Source: an uncultured Chthonomonadaceae bacterium
GTDB lineage: Bacteria; Armatimonadota; Chthonomonadetes; Chthonomonadales; Chthonomonadaceae
Assembly (NCBI GenBank): GCA_963835065.1
Contig: CAWIEK010000037.1
Location: 96,001 to 160,000 of the forward strand
Direction: 5' to 3'
DNA length: 64,000 nucleotides
Made by a program: the position numbers and the translations under genes. This document shows, piece by piece, positions 29,250 to 40,427 of the stretch. Every line of letters starts with the position of its first letter. Position 1 is the first letter of the stretch. Below the pieces are notes generated by a model, which saw only the letters and a program-made list of their open reading frames with translations, had not been told where the DNA came from and searched no databases.

Positions 29250-32200
29250 AACCAACACAGGGAACAGGGAACAGGGAAAAGGGAAAAGAAAATGCCCAAC
29301 ACCCGGCCCTATCAACTATCAACTATCAACTATCAACTATCCTCGCGCTTATCCTCGCCGTACTCGCGCTCGGCTGGGCGTTTCGGTACATGGTGGGGCA
29401 GGAAACGCCGGTGGGGAAGGTGGAAGGGCAGATTTTGCTGGCGGATTTGCACCGACCGCTTGCGGGCGTGGAAATCTTGCTTCAGCCGACAGGACCGGGA
29501 CGTGACGACCGGCCTATGCGCCGAACCGTGACGAAGGCGGACGGGCGTTTTGCCCTCGTGAATGTGCCGGAAGGCGATTACGAATGTACGGCAACCACGC
29601 GGGCGCACGCGGCGAAAGATGCCGGCGTGGATGTGCTGGAAGGCAAGACGACACAACTGACGCTGAATCTCGAACGCAATGAGACGGAACTGGAAATCAA
29701 GCAGCATCAGCGCGTGTTCGGCACAAAGGAAAAGGCGCATATCTCCGTCAGCGGCTATGTGGACAGCGCGAAAGTGCTGGCGGTTCCGCCCAAACCCGAT
29801 ACCTTACATTTGCGCGTATTTCAAACCCGGTTGTCCAACATTCTCAGGGATGAAGCGGCAGCAAACGCGCTGGAAGAAGTGGCAAGGGGAACAGACCGGA
29901 CGCCAACCCTGCCGCCGACGCTGCTGCATCCCAAACGCGCCGTTGCCCCCAAACTGCTGTTTACCCGTGACGTGACCATTAATACGGCGGATCGGGAAGG
30001 CTTTTTCTATCAGAAGATTGACTTGGGCAAAATCGGCCTGCCCGCCCGTACCGGCCTGTATCTGCTGGAAATCCATCATGCGGATAAGGACGTTTGCTCG
30101 TGGCTGCTGGTAACGGACACCGCCTTGATTGTGAAGCGGGCAAAAACGCAATTGGTAGCGTTTGCCGCCGACATGCAGACGGGAACGCCTATAGCGGGTA
30201 GTGAAGTGCGCACGTACCGCAACGGGCAGGTGTTGGCAAGCGGGCATACGGACGCGCAGGGCGTGGCGCAGTACAGCGTTCCCGGTGTGGCGGAAAGTCA
30301 AGTTTCCGATTCGACGCGGATTACGACGGTTGCGCTGCGGGGCGATGATGAGGCGGTTGTGGAGCGCAACGCTTACAACGACGAGAAGAACAGCGCGTAT
30401 GCCGTCCATGCGTATACGGATCGCACCGTGTACCGGCCCGGACAGCGAATCTACTTCAAAGGCATTGCGCGGCGCAAGCGGGATGTGGATTATAAGACTG
30501 CCGCCACAGCCTGGGACGCGCCCGCGCCCGCGAATGGCCCACGCTATACCGTGCCTGCCGGACAAACGGTAAACGTGGAAATACGCGACAAAAGCGGCGA
30601 GCGTATTTTGGAGCAGGCTTACACGACCAATGCTTACGGCGCGTTCTTCGGGCAGGTGGATTTGCTCAAGGAAGCGGCAACGGGCGTGTACACGCTGGCA
30701 ATGAACATCGGCGGCAGTGAGCATACCGAAGACATTTACGTCGCCTCGTATCGCAAGCCGGAATACGCCGTCACCGTGACGCCGGACAAGAAAACGTATG
30801 CGCGGGGCGAAACCGTCCGCATGACCGTAGAAGGCAAATACTTTTTCGGGTCGCCGGTTGCGGGCGCGAAAGTGCGCTACAGCGTGTATTCCTCGCCGGA
30901 TTGGGCATCGGAGTACGAATCCGATCAGGAAGATAAGGACGACGAGGAAGACCTGTCCTCCTATCGCAGTTTCCACTCTGATAGTTATTACGGCTCAACG
31001 GGTAAAAGCGGAACCGTGATACTGGACGAGAACGGCAAAGCGGTTATAGAATTTCCGGCGGAAGACCCCAAACAGCGTGAAGAGAGAGAACGCGAATTGC
31101 GCCATCGGGTTCTGCCGGCGAAAGAAACGGCAGACGATTACGGCCCGCAGGAGGAAGTGTACACCCTGAGCGCAACCGTCATTGAGGGACAGGATCGGGA
31201 AGTGGAAGCGACAGGAGAGGCGCGAGTGACAAGGGGCGCGTTTCGCCTGATTGTCAGTCCCGACGGCTACGTGGCCGCGCCGGGAAAAGCAACCAACGTC
31301 ATCATAGCGGCCCACGACTTCGACGGGAATCCAATCGCCAATCTGCCCTTCAGTATCGAATCAGGATATGAGCGTTGGACAAAGGGCGAATACTCGTATA
31401 CCAGAGCCGAGTCGCAAAACGGCGTCACGGGCGGAGATGGGCGCATGGTTCTGCCCGTCACGCCGCCGCGCAATGGCAGCCTGACCCTGAAAGCGCGGGC
31501 ATGGGATACGTCGAAGCATCTCATTCTCGGACGCGCAAGTTTGTGGGTGACGAGCGATCAGGGCGGGGATTTGGATACCACGTACAATGACCTGTCCCTG
31601 CTCACGGATAAGCGGCGTTACAATCCCGGCGACACCGCCCGCGTCCTGCTCAACAGTTCGCATATCGGCCAAACCGTCCTGCTGACCATCGAAGGCGACA
31701 AAATACAGCGCGTAATGACGGTTCCCATCCGAACCCGCAGCACCGTTGTCCGCGTTCCCATCCGCGCCGAGTACGGCCCCAACGTCTTTCTGGACGCCTG
31801 CTACGTGCAAAACAAGCATTTCGCCCAAAGCGAAGCCACCCTCCGCGTCGTCATGCCGCAAAGTGGCGTGAAGGTAGTGGTAACGGCGGATAGGGAACAG
31901 GGAACAGGGAACAGGGAACAGAGGAACCCAACACCGGACACCCGACACCCGACACCCGACACCCTTTCCCATTACGCGCCGGGCGACAAAATCACCTACG
32001 CCATTCAAACGACGGATGCGCAGGGGAAGGCGGTGCCGTGCGAGTTGTCGTTTGGCGTGGTGGATGAGGCGATTTATGCGCTGCGCGAGGACGACCCAAA
32101 AGCGATGCAGCAGGCGTTTTATCCGCGCCGATCCAATCAGGTATCCACGTCCTACTCGTTCGCGGTGGAGTACCTGGGGGATGCCGACAAGACGGAACCC

Positions 32201-34301
32201 AAAATCGAAACGCGCAAGAAGTTCCCCGATACCGCCTACTGGAACCCGAACCTGCGCACGGACGCGCTCGGACAGGCGCGAGTTTCCTTTGCCCTGCCCG
32301 ACAGCCTGACGACATGGCGGGCGACGGCGGTTGCCAACACGCAGGATACGCGCATCGGGCGCGGCGTGAATAAAATCCTGGTAGCCAAAGACTTTTATGT
32401 CCGGCTGCAAGCGCCCCGTTCGCTGACGCAGGAGGATACATCGAAGTCTGGTGGCGATTGTCCACAACGATACGGGCATGGCGCAAACCGCGCTTGTGCG
32501 CTTGCAGGCCGAGAATTTGACGGCGAGTGGCGATGCCACGCAAACGCTGACCTTAGCCCCCGGCGCGCATGGCGAAGCGACCTGGCCGATTACGGCAAAC
32601 GGGTACGGCGAAGCCAAATTGAAAGTGACCGCCTGGACGCCCAAAGAAAACGGGAACAGGCAGTACACGGATGGGCTGGAAACCACGCTGCCGATCCGCC
32701 CGCATGGCCGCGAAAACATGGTCTCGTTTGCGGGGCAGTTGACGGCAGCGCATCCTGAAACAGAAGTGGTACGGCTGGACCCGAACGCGGTTCCCGGCCT
32801 GAGCCATGTCACCGTTCGCATTACGCCCTCCATTGCCAGTTCGCTGGCGGGAGGATTGGAATACCTCATCGGCTATCCGTATGGCTGCGTGGAACAAACC
32901 CTGAGCCGCGTACTGCCGGATTTGCGGGTGCAGCGCGTCCTCAAACAGCGCGGATTGGCCCTGAACGCAGCCGAAACGCGCCGAGCGGGAGAAATCGGAC
33001 AGATGGTGCGGGAAGGCTTGCAGCGCCTGTACCGCTTCCAGCATCCGAGCGGCGCGTGGGGCTGGTGGGAGCATGACCCGGACGATCCCTGGATGACGGG
33101 CTACGTTCTGGTCGGGCTGGCGGAAGCGAAAGCGGATGGCTACCCGGTCAGCGAACGGGTATTGCAAACCGGGCGTGAAGCGGGCGTAAAACTGCTGAAG
33201 CGGTGCAAGCCCGGTCAACTGCCCTTCCTGATGTATGGGCTGGCCTTAGCGGGGGAGCGAAACTATGTTGCAAAATGGCGGCGCAATCTGCCCATGCCCG
33301 GCCTGTCACCCGAAAATCTGGCGTATGTGGTTCTGATTGACCGGATGCTGGGACACAGCGCAACGGACGCGGAACGGCAATTGGCCGGTAAAGCCGTCCG
33401 GCAGGACGAAATGCTGCACTGGACGGAGCGCAACAGCGACGACCGCAACGATCTGACGGCAACAGCAATGGCCTTGCGCGTGATACTGCAAGCCAATCCG
33501 CAAGACCCGCGCATTGTGCCGACGCTGCGCTGGCTGATGTTCAAGCGCACGGGCGAGTACTGGGGCAGTACGCGGGATACGTCGTGGGTACTCGCCGCCT
33601 TTGCGGACTACCTGCAAACGCAGTCCAATTACTCGGCGGGCGGGCAGGTGCAATTGCAAATCAACGGCACATTGCGGCAGACGGTTGCCTTGACGGAAAA
33701 CAACCTGCGCGAAAAAGAGATCATTCTGCGAATTCCGGCAACGCAATTGCGCAGCGACAAGAACGACATTACATTAACGCGAACCGGAGGCAACAGCCCG
33801 ATCTTCTACAGTGTGCAATTGCGGCAGACGATCAGTGGCGAGGAACTGCCCGCCCTCAGTTCCGGGAAACTCAGCGTCACGCGGGAATATCTGCGCGTGA
33901 CGACAAAGCAGGCGACGGACACGCCCTGGAAAGTGCGAACGGAGCCGACCAACAACACCATGCAAACGGGCGATCATATCCGGGTGCGCCTGACCCTCAA
34001 CGTGCCCCGTGACATGGCGTATGTGCTGATCGAAGACCCGTTCCCTGCCGGCTGCGAAGTCTCGGAGCGCGGCGACGCGGATGAAGTGACGGATTGGAAC
34101 TACTGGTGGTCGAGCCTTGACGTGCGCGATGATCGTATCGCCTTCTTCGCCCGGACACTATCCGCCGGTCAGCATGTCATTGAGTACAACCTGCGCGCGC
34201 AAACGCCGGGAACCTACCGCGCCCTACCCACGCTCCTGCAAGCCATGTACGCCCCCGACCAAAAAGCGGAAACGGCGGAAGCGAAGGTGGAAATAAAATG
34301 A
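29246..34301 (+). CDS. Bacterial alpha-2-macroglobulin, frameshift near 32444
   Basis: YTDRTVYRPGQ, YRKPEY, VVDEAIYAL, FPDTAYW, LPDSLTTWR, thioester YPYGCVEQ, WGSTRDT, AMYAP. Confidence 0.92.
31892..31964. repeat. In-frame heterologous doublet (GGGAACA)n + (CCGACAC)n inside alpha-2-macroglobulin
   Basis: Encodes [24 protein letters not shown] between VTAD and YAPGD. Confidence 0.9.
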
Positions 34302-35110
34302 AGAAAGAAGCCGTTGCCATCACTTTGCTGTTTGGCGTCGGGAGCAGTTTGTTTTGGGGAATGAACGCAACGCCTGCGCCGCAGGAAGTGGAAATGGCGG
34401 GCTACGCTACAAGCCTGAAAGGGCGCACCATCAGCCAGCGGCACAATGCGCGGAAAGCGGCGGACGCGCTGAACGGCAAAACCATTGCGCCGGGAGCGGT
34501 TTTCTCGTTCAACGCAACGGTAAAATCGTGGTCTGCCGATCAGGGGTTTGTGAAAGCGCCCGTCAGTTTCGACGGCGAACTGATTAAAGCGTACGGCGGC
34601 GGGGTGTGTCAAACTTCCACCACGCTGTACAACGTCGCGCTGCTGGCCGGCCTGCCGATTGTGGAGCGGCATCCGCATGTGTTCGCGCCCCACTACGTTC
34701 CGCCCGGACAGGACGCGGCTGTCGCGCAGCGCAACATTGACCTGCGCTTTCGCAACCCGTACAAGTGGCCGCTGCGTATACGAGCGAAAACGGAGGGGGA
34801 TCGTCTGGAAATACGCCTGTACGGAGCCGAACCCGTGCCGCAGCAGGTACAGGTCGCCACCGAGGTTCTGTCTGCAAGCCCGCCCGCCCGCCTGACGCGA
34901 GTGGCGTATCGGGGCGCAGCCTCTGCCGGACGCGCGTATGTCCGCAATCCCGGCGCGGTCGGCTACCGTGTGCTGACATTCCGAACGTTTGTATCCAGTG
35001 ACAAAGCGTTACCGGCAAGTGGAGCAAACGCGCGGCGCGAACGCCTGTCGGATGACACCTATCAGGCAATGGATCGCATTGTACAGGTAGATGAGGTAGC
35101 CGCCCCCTAA
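34298..35110 (+). CDS. VanW-family protein
   Basis: IAPGAVFSFN, GGGVCQTSTTLYN, ERHPH, YVPPGQDAAV, DLRFRN; ATGA overlap with the alpha-2-macroglobulin stop. Confidence 0.88.
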   Translation: MKKEAVAITLLFGVGSSLFWGMNATPAPQEVEMAGYATSLKGRTISQRHNARKAADALNGKTIAPGAVFSFNATVKSWSADQGFVKAPVSFDGELIKAYGGGVCQTSTTLYNVALLAGLPIVERHPHVFAPHYVPPGQDAAVAQRNIDLRFRNPYKWPLRIRAKTEGDRLEIRLYGAEPVPQQVQVATEVLSASPPARLTRVAYRGAASAGRAYVRNPGAVGYRVLTFRTFVSSDKALPASGANARRERLSDDTYQAMDRIVQVDEVAAP

Positions 35111-35120
35111 CCTCAAAACA

Positions 35121-35272
35121 GCGGCGTAGGGACACAACATGTTGTGTCCTCCTCCGTCTGCGTGTCCTCCTCCGTCTGCGTGTCCTCCTCCGTCTGCGTG
35201 TCCTCTTCCAGTAGAGCGAACGCGGACACAACATTGTCCATGCGGACACAACAAGTTGTGTCCCTACGCCGC
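35121..35272. repeat. REPIN-like element with 18-bp inverted ends and an internal 18-bp tandem triplication
   Basis: GCGGCGTAGGGACACAAC ... GTTGTGTCCCTACGCCGC; GTGTCCTCCTCCGTCTGC x3 from 35144. Confidence 0.85.
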
Positions 35273-35273
35273 G

Positions 35274-35534
35274 TTATCGTTCCTTTACGGGAGTAAAGGT
35301 GACTTCCAGAGGCGCGTGGCCGTCTATCGTAATCTGCGGGTTCCCTTGTTCCACTTTGGGGCGAACCGCGCGCCGGTGCGACCAGATATTCATGCCGAGC
35401 CAGCCCGCCACCAGGATTTTGAAGCCCTGCGAGTACAGCCCGAACCAAGCGCTCTGGCACAGCGCCACAATGCCAAGCACAATCAAGCTGATGGCAAGCA
35501 TCTCCATCGCCTGCGCAAAACGTCCTGAAAGCAT
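35274..35534 (-). CDS. Small 2-TM protein of sugar ABC operon
   Basis: LGIVALCQ..LYSQGF..GW..WSH; directly downstream of the ABC ATPase. Confidence 0.6.
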   Translation of the reverse strand: MLSGRFAQAMEMLAISLIVLGIVALCQSAWFGLYSQGFKILVAGWLGMNIWSHRRAVRPKVEQGNPQITIDGHAPLEVTFTPVKER

Positions 35535-35544
35535 GGGAACTCCG

Positions 35545-35662
35545 AGGGAACAGGGAACAGGGAACAGGGAACAGACGATACTACTACCTAAACTATCTGA
35601 ATAACCTCGAAAGGTTATAGAGCGGGTATTTTCTGTTCCCTGTTCCCTGTTCCCTGTTCCCT
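35545..35662. repeat. Inverted heptamer doublet (GGGAACA)n ... (TGTTCCC)n
   Basis: Four units per arm, about 58-bp spacer. Confidence 0.9.
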
Positions 35663-35664
35663 TC

Positions 35665-36753
35665 CTACGTGAGCGCCATCGTCGTCTCCTGATCGAACAG
35701 GTGGGCGCGGGTGTGGTCAATACGCATGTGCAGGATTTCCCCGATGCGCGACATAAAGGTGGGGGGCATCCGAACTTTGAAAATGTTGCCGGCAAGGCGC
35801 GCGTCTATGATGTTCTCGGAACCAAGCGGCTCCACGACATACACTTCGCTCGGCACGAATTCCGCCTGCGGGTCGCGGCGCAGGGCAATGTCTTCGGGAC
35901 GGACGCCCAAAATCAGCGGCTTGCCGGTCGGGGCGTTGGCGAACCGCGCTCTGGCGTCGGCCTGAATCGGCAGGGTCACGTCACCGTCCAGCAGCAGGGC
36001 GCTGCGGTCCGGCGCGATCTGGCACGGCACTAAATTCATGGCGGGCGAACCGATGAAGCCCGCTACAAACAGGTTGGCGGGACGGTCATACACGTCGGAA
36101 GGCGAACCCACCTGCTGCAAAAAGCCGCCGTACATAATGGCGATTTTATCCGCCATGCTCAGGGCTTCCAACTGGTCGTGCGTGACGTAAATCGTCGTGG
36201 CGTTCAGGTCGGTTTGCAGCCGCTTGATTTCCGCCCGCATTTCCGTGCGCAGTTTGGCGTCCAGGTTGGACAACGGCTCGTCCATCAGGAACACTTTGGG
36301 GCGGCGCACAATGGCGCGTCCGATGGCGACGCGCTGCATTTCGCCGCCCGACAATTTGCCCGGTTTGCGGCTCAACAGCCGCTCGATGTGCAGCGTTTTG
36401 GCCGCTTCCTGTACCCGCTCCGCAATCACGGAAGGCGGAGTCTTGACGGCTTTGAGCGGAAACGCCAGATTTTCCGCAACGGTCATGTGCGGATAAATGG
36501 CGTACTGCTGAAACACCATCGCGATGTCGCGCTGCGAAGGCGGCAGTTTGGTAACATCCTCGCCGTCAATCAAAATCTGCCCGCCGTCGGGGATTTCCAG
36601 CCCGGCAATGCAGCGCAAAGTGGTTGTTTTCCCGCAGCCCGACGGGCCGAGGAACACCATAAACATGCCGTCATCAATGTCCAGCGACGTGTTGTTGATA
36701 GCGATATTCTGGTCGAATTTTTTCAATAAGTTGCGAACGTGTACGGTTGCCAT
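35665..36753 (-). CDS. Sugar ABC transporter ATP-binding protein (MalK-like)
   Basis: GPSGCGKTT, LSGG, DEPLSNLD, FVAGFIGSP, TOBE domain. Confidence 0.95.
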   Translation of the reverse strand: MATVHVRNLLKKFDQNIAINNTSLDIDDGMFMVFLGPSGCGKTTTLRCIAGLEIPDGGQILIDGEDVTKLPPSQRDIAMVFQQYAIYPHMTVAENLAFPLKAVKTPPSVIAERVQEAAKTLHIERLLSRKPGKLSGGEMQRVAIGRAIVRRPKVFLMDEPLSNLDAKLRTEMRAEIKRLQTDLNATTIYVTHDQLEALSMADKIAIMYGGFLQQVGSPSDVYDRPANLFVAGFIGSPAMNLVPCQIAPDRSALLLDGDVTLPIQADARARFANAPTGKPLILGVRPEDIALRRDPQAEFVPSEVYVVEPLGSENIIDARLAGNIFKVRMPPTFMSRIGEILHMRIDHTRAHLFDQETTMALT

Positions 36754-36766
36754 AAGAGTAGGTTTC

Positions 36767-36856
36767 AGGCATTAGGCATTAGGCATTAGATATTAGGAAA
36801 GTACCTGTTTAGCGGGTGCATTGTCCTAATGCCTAGTGCCTAATGCCTAATGCCTA
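36767..36856. repeat. Inverted heptamer doublet (GGCATTA)n ... (TAATGCC)n
   Basis: Arms at 36767-36797 and 36825-36856. Confidence 0.9.
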
Positions 36857-38920
36857 CTTCTTGATTGCTCCAAAAGTGACGCCGCGCAGCAGGTGCTTGC
36901 GCATAAGGAAGGTGAACAGGGTGACTGGCAACAGGAACAGCATGGCGCCCGCTGCGATTTGTCCGTAGTCGAGGCCGCCGGGTCCGGTTAAGCCGATGAT
37001 GGACGGCGGGGCGGTCTTGGAAGGAACGCCCGACAGCACCTGCGCGAACGCGAACTCGTTCCAGGCCGTGATAAAGCAGAAGACAGCGGTGACCGCGATG
37101 CCGGTCAGCGCCTGCGGCAGCGAGATTTTCCAGAAGGTTCGCAGCCGGGAATAGCCGTCAAGCAGGGCGGCATCATCGTATTCGTGCGGAATATCGTCGA
37201 AAAAGCCTTTCAGCAGGTAAGTTGAGAACGACAGATTGAACACGGTGTACAGAATAATCAGACCCAGGCGCGTGTTGAACAGCCCGATGGTTTTGAACAT
37301 CAGGAAGATGGGAATCACGACGGCGATAGCGGGCAGCATGCGCGTACTGAGAACGAAAAACAGCAGGTCGCCCTTCCCTTTGATTTGAAACCGCGCAAAG
37401 GCATACGCCGACATCGTACCAAGCGAAACGGCCAAAAGTGTACTGACAATTCCGATGAACAGGCTGTTTCCAATCTGTTCGGGAAAGTCTTTGTAGCCTA
37501 TAATGGGCTTGGTCATGTCGTAGTTTTGATGTTTGTATATAAGCGCGTCGTAGTTGCGCAGCGTGTAGCCGAAGCTCGTGTCATTGGAAGGCTGTTCGCC
37601 CCGAACGTAGGCGTGGGAGGGAATCAGTTTGGGCGGCGCGGTGAAAATCTGCGTGGGCGGCTTCAGGCTGGTTACGAAAATCATGTAAATCGGCAGCAGA
37701 TAGGCTACGGTTGCCACACCAATCGCGCAATAGGCTAATCCGGTGCGAACCCCCTGCGGCAGTCTTGTCGTGTTCCATATCAGCACAACCGCAACAACTG
37801 CGCCGACAATGGGCAGAATATGCCCGCCCATCCACTGCGCAATTAAGCCTGCCTGCGGCAGCAGCAAAAGTACAATCAACGCGCCGAGAAAATACGTGGG
37901 CTGCTCGACATAACGCGCCAGTCCCGGAAAACCCTTGTCGCGTACCCGGTCGCCAAGAAACGCGCCGAACCCGCTGGCATCGGGAATGTTTTCGCCGCGC
38001 ACCTTCGCCATGTACTTGATGAACAGGTTCGCAAGCCCGATGATGATGAGCAGGATGATATAAGCGAGGGCGCACGAAATTCCCGTATAATGCTGATCGA
38101 ACGCCTTTTGGTACAGGCTGAACGACACGGTTTTGGTCATGTCGCCCGGCCCGCCGCCCGTGAGCGCGTAAACCAGATCGAATATCTTGAAGCAGTCAAT
38201 GGTGCGGAACAGCAGCGCGATCATGACAATCGGCGCGACCATCGGAATGGTGATGTAGCGGAACTTGAACCAGGTAGACGCGCGATCCACTTCCGCCGCT
38301 TCGTACAAATGCGGCGGAACCGCGTTCAAGCCCGCAAGCGAAATCAGCATCACGAACGGCGACCACATCCACGTATCCACCAAAACAAGCGACCAGATCG
38401 CGTTGTCGGGATTGGTTGTCCAGACCAGAGGATTGGCGGGATTTTGCAGGTGCAGCAGCTGCAGCAGCCAGTTCACGACGCCGAAGTTGGCGTCCAGCAG
38501 GTAGTACCAGAACTTGCCGACAATGACTGGCGACAGCATCATCGGCAGCAAGATCAGCGTGGTAAGGATGCCTTTGGCCTTGAAGGTCCGGTTCAGCAGC
38601 AGCGCCATGCCAAAGCCGACAAGTAATTGCGCTCCGACCGCAAACAGGGTAAACCGCGCCGTGACGATGAAGTTGTTCCAGATGTCGCGGTTCGTGAGCA
38701 GGCTGGTGTAGTTGGCTCCGCCGATCCAGAGCGCTTTCTTGCTTGCCGTGTCGGTATAATCGCAAAAAGACAGGATCAGCGACCAGAACAGCGGGAACAC
38801 GTTCATCGCAATCAGCAGCAGCACGGTGGGCAGCAAAAACAGGTTCGCCACGCTGCGATCCGAAAGTCCGCGTTTGGGGGTTTTTGTTTGCAGTTGCGTC
38901 CGTGAAAGGGGTGTATCCAA
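36854..38920 (-). CDS. Fused double sugar ABC permease (MalF + MalG-like)
   Basis: Two EAA-type loops (LYEAAEVDRAS; YDDAALLDG) in one 688-aa ORF. Confidence 0.88.
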   Translation of the reverse strand: MDTPLSRTQLQTKTPKRGLSDRSVANLFLLPTVLLLIAMNVFPLFWSLILSFCDYTDTASKKALWIGGANYTSLLTNRDIWNNFIVTARFTLFAVGAQLLVGFGMALLLNRTFKAKGILTTLILLPMMLSPVIVGKFWYYLLDANFGVVNWLLQLLHLQNPANPLVWTTNPDNAIWSLVLVDTWMWSPFVMLISLAGLNAVPPHLYEAAEVDRASTWFKFRYITIPMVAPIVMIALLFRTIDCFKIFDLVYALTGGGPGDMTKTVSFSLYQKAFDQHYTGISCALAYIILLIIIGLANLFIKYMAKVRGENIPDASGFGAFLGDRVRDKGFPGLARYVEQPTYFLGALIVLLLLPQAGLIAQWMGGHILPIVGAVVAVVLIWNTTRLPQGVRTGLAYCAIGVATVAYLLPIYMIFVTSLKPPTQIFTAPPKLIPSHAYVRGEQPSNDTSFGYTLRNYDALIYKHQNYDMTKPIIGYKDFPEQIGNSLFIGIVSTLLAVSLGTMSAYAFARFQIKGKGDLLFFVLSTRMLPAIAVVIPIFLMFKTIGLFNTRLGLIILYTVFNLSFSTYLLKGFFDDIPHEYDDAALLDGYSRLRTFWKISLPQALTGIAVTAVFCFITAWNEFAFAQVLSGVPSKTAPPSIIGLTGPGGLDYGQIAAGAMLFLLPVTLFTFLMRKHLLRGVTFGAIKK

Positions 38921-38934
38921 GCTAATTCCTTAAA

Positions 38935-39013
38935 AGTGATGAGTGATGAATGATGAGTGATGAATGAAGACGCCGCGCTTTACTCATCACTCATCACTCA
39001 TCATTCATCATTC
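38935..39013. repeat. Inverted heptamer doublet (GATGAGT/GATGAAT)n ... (CTCATCA)n
   Basis: Arms at 38935-38968 and 38982-39013. Confidence 0.88.
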
Positions 39014-39014
39014 C

Positions 39015-40427
39015 TTACTGTGCTGAGGCCGCCGTAATGCTTTTCAGGGTTTCGGTATGTTTTTTGGCGATGGCGTCCATGGCCGCCTGCGGGGTCTCGC
39101 TGCCGGTTACAACCGCATTCCAGTGTGTCTGCGTTTCGTTGAGCAGTTCCGCATACTTGGGATTGTTGTAAAAGTCCTTCAGGTACTGGACGCTTTCGGC
39201 GAAGGCCGGGTTAAAGGGCGCGGCCTGCTGGAATTCCGGGGTTTTCAGCACGTCGGTATCGCAGGTAAGGCCACCCAATTTCGCCCATTTCTGCTGCGTT
39301 TCCTTTTTGCTGAACCAGGCGAGGAACTTCTTGGCCTCCTCCTGATTTTTGGAATACGCGGATACGGACAGACCCTGGCCGCCCAGGCTGATGAAATGGC
39401 CTTTCGGACCGCCGGGCGACACGAAGAAGCCTGTTTTGGCCGCGAGGGTGTTTTCTTCTTCGTTGGTCAGGCCGGGGAAGAAGGTGTACCAGTCTTCGGC
39501 CATCGCCACCTGTCCGGCTTTGAAGGCTTCCAGCGTTTCGTTGAAGTAGAATTTTTCCGAACCGGGCGGGGTGAACTTCTTGAGTTCCTGCGTGTAGAAT
39601 TTCAGCGCGTCTACGGCGGTGGAGGAGTTCAGCACGCCGTCAACTTTGCCTTTACCGTCGTTGAGATCGCCGCCGTAAGACCACAGCACCTCGTCAAAGC
39701 CCATCGTGATGCCGTCGTATCCGCCGCCGCCCGCATAAAACGGAGCCAGTCCGTACATCTGCTTGCCGGTTGCGGGGTCTTTGCGGGTGAAGAATTCGGC
39801 CACGTCGCGCAGTTCGGCCCAGGTTTTGGGCGGCGCGAGTTCATGCTTGTACTTGGCCTGAAAGTCGGTTTTGTTTTTGGCGTCTTCAAACAGGTCTTTG
39901 CGATACGCGAAGCCGATAGCGTCCGCTTCGCAGGGTACGCCGTAAGTCTTGCCTTCGTAATCGCAGTAGAATTGTTTGGCGGCGGGGGAAATCTCGCCCC
40001 AGGGCACATTGGTTTTAGCCCATTCGGTCAGGTCGGCGTAATGGTGTTCGGTTGCGCCGCGTCCGAGCCACTGGCTGTCGCCGACAATCAGGTCATAAGC
40101 GTCGCTATGCCCGCTCCACACTTCCGTTTGAATCTTATTCTGGAAGTCCGTCCAGGGAATCTGCTTCACGTCTACCGCTGTGCCGGTTTCTTTGGTGTAA
40201 TCCGCGCTCAAAGTTTCCAGGTATTCCGAGGGTTTCCACTGCGCCCAGGCAATCGTCAGCTTGCCACCTCCGGTGGGAGCGGCAGTGGATTTGCCCGATG
40301 TGTCGGCAGAACCGGTGGATGAGGCCGTATTGTCGGATTTGTTTCCGCCACAGCCCGTAAGAGCTAACGCGCCCAGCGCTGCCAGTCCCAGCAGTGATGC
40401 GGCGGCAATGCCATTCATTTTACGCAA
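39015..40427 (-). CDS. Sugar ABC substrate-binding lipoprotein
   Basis: TTG start after AGGAGG; lipobox LTGC; YDLIVGDSQW, YRKDLF, PKTW motifs. Confidence 0.9.
   Translation of the reverse strand: MRKMNGIAAASLLGLAALGALALTGCGGNKSDNTASSTGSADTSGKSTAAPTGGGKLTIAWAQWKPSEYLETLSADYTKETGTAVDVKQIPWTDFQNKIQTEVWSGHSDAYDLIVGDSQWLGRGATEHHYADLTEWAKTNVPWGEISPAAKQFYCDYEGKTYGVPCEADAIGFAYRKDLFEDAKNKTDFQAKYKHELAPPKTWAELRDVAEFFTRKDPATGKQMYGLAPFYAGGGGYDGITMGFDEVLWSYGGDLNDGKGKVDGVLNSSTAVDALKFYTQELKKFTPPGSEKFYFNETLEAFKAGQVAMAEDWYTFFPGLTNEEENTLAAKTGFFVSPGGPKGHFISLGGQGLSVSAYSKNQEEAKKFLAWFSKKETQQKWAKLGGLTCDTDVLKTPEFQQAAPFNPAFAESVQYLKDFYNNPKYAELLNETQTHWNAVVTGSETPQAAMDAIAKKHTETLKSITAASAQ

Noticed and set aside
35144..35205. 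Possible CRISPR array
   Set aside because: The 18-bp units are directly tandem with no spacers, and no cas genes are present.
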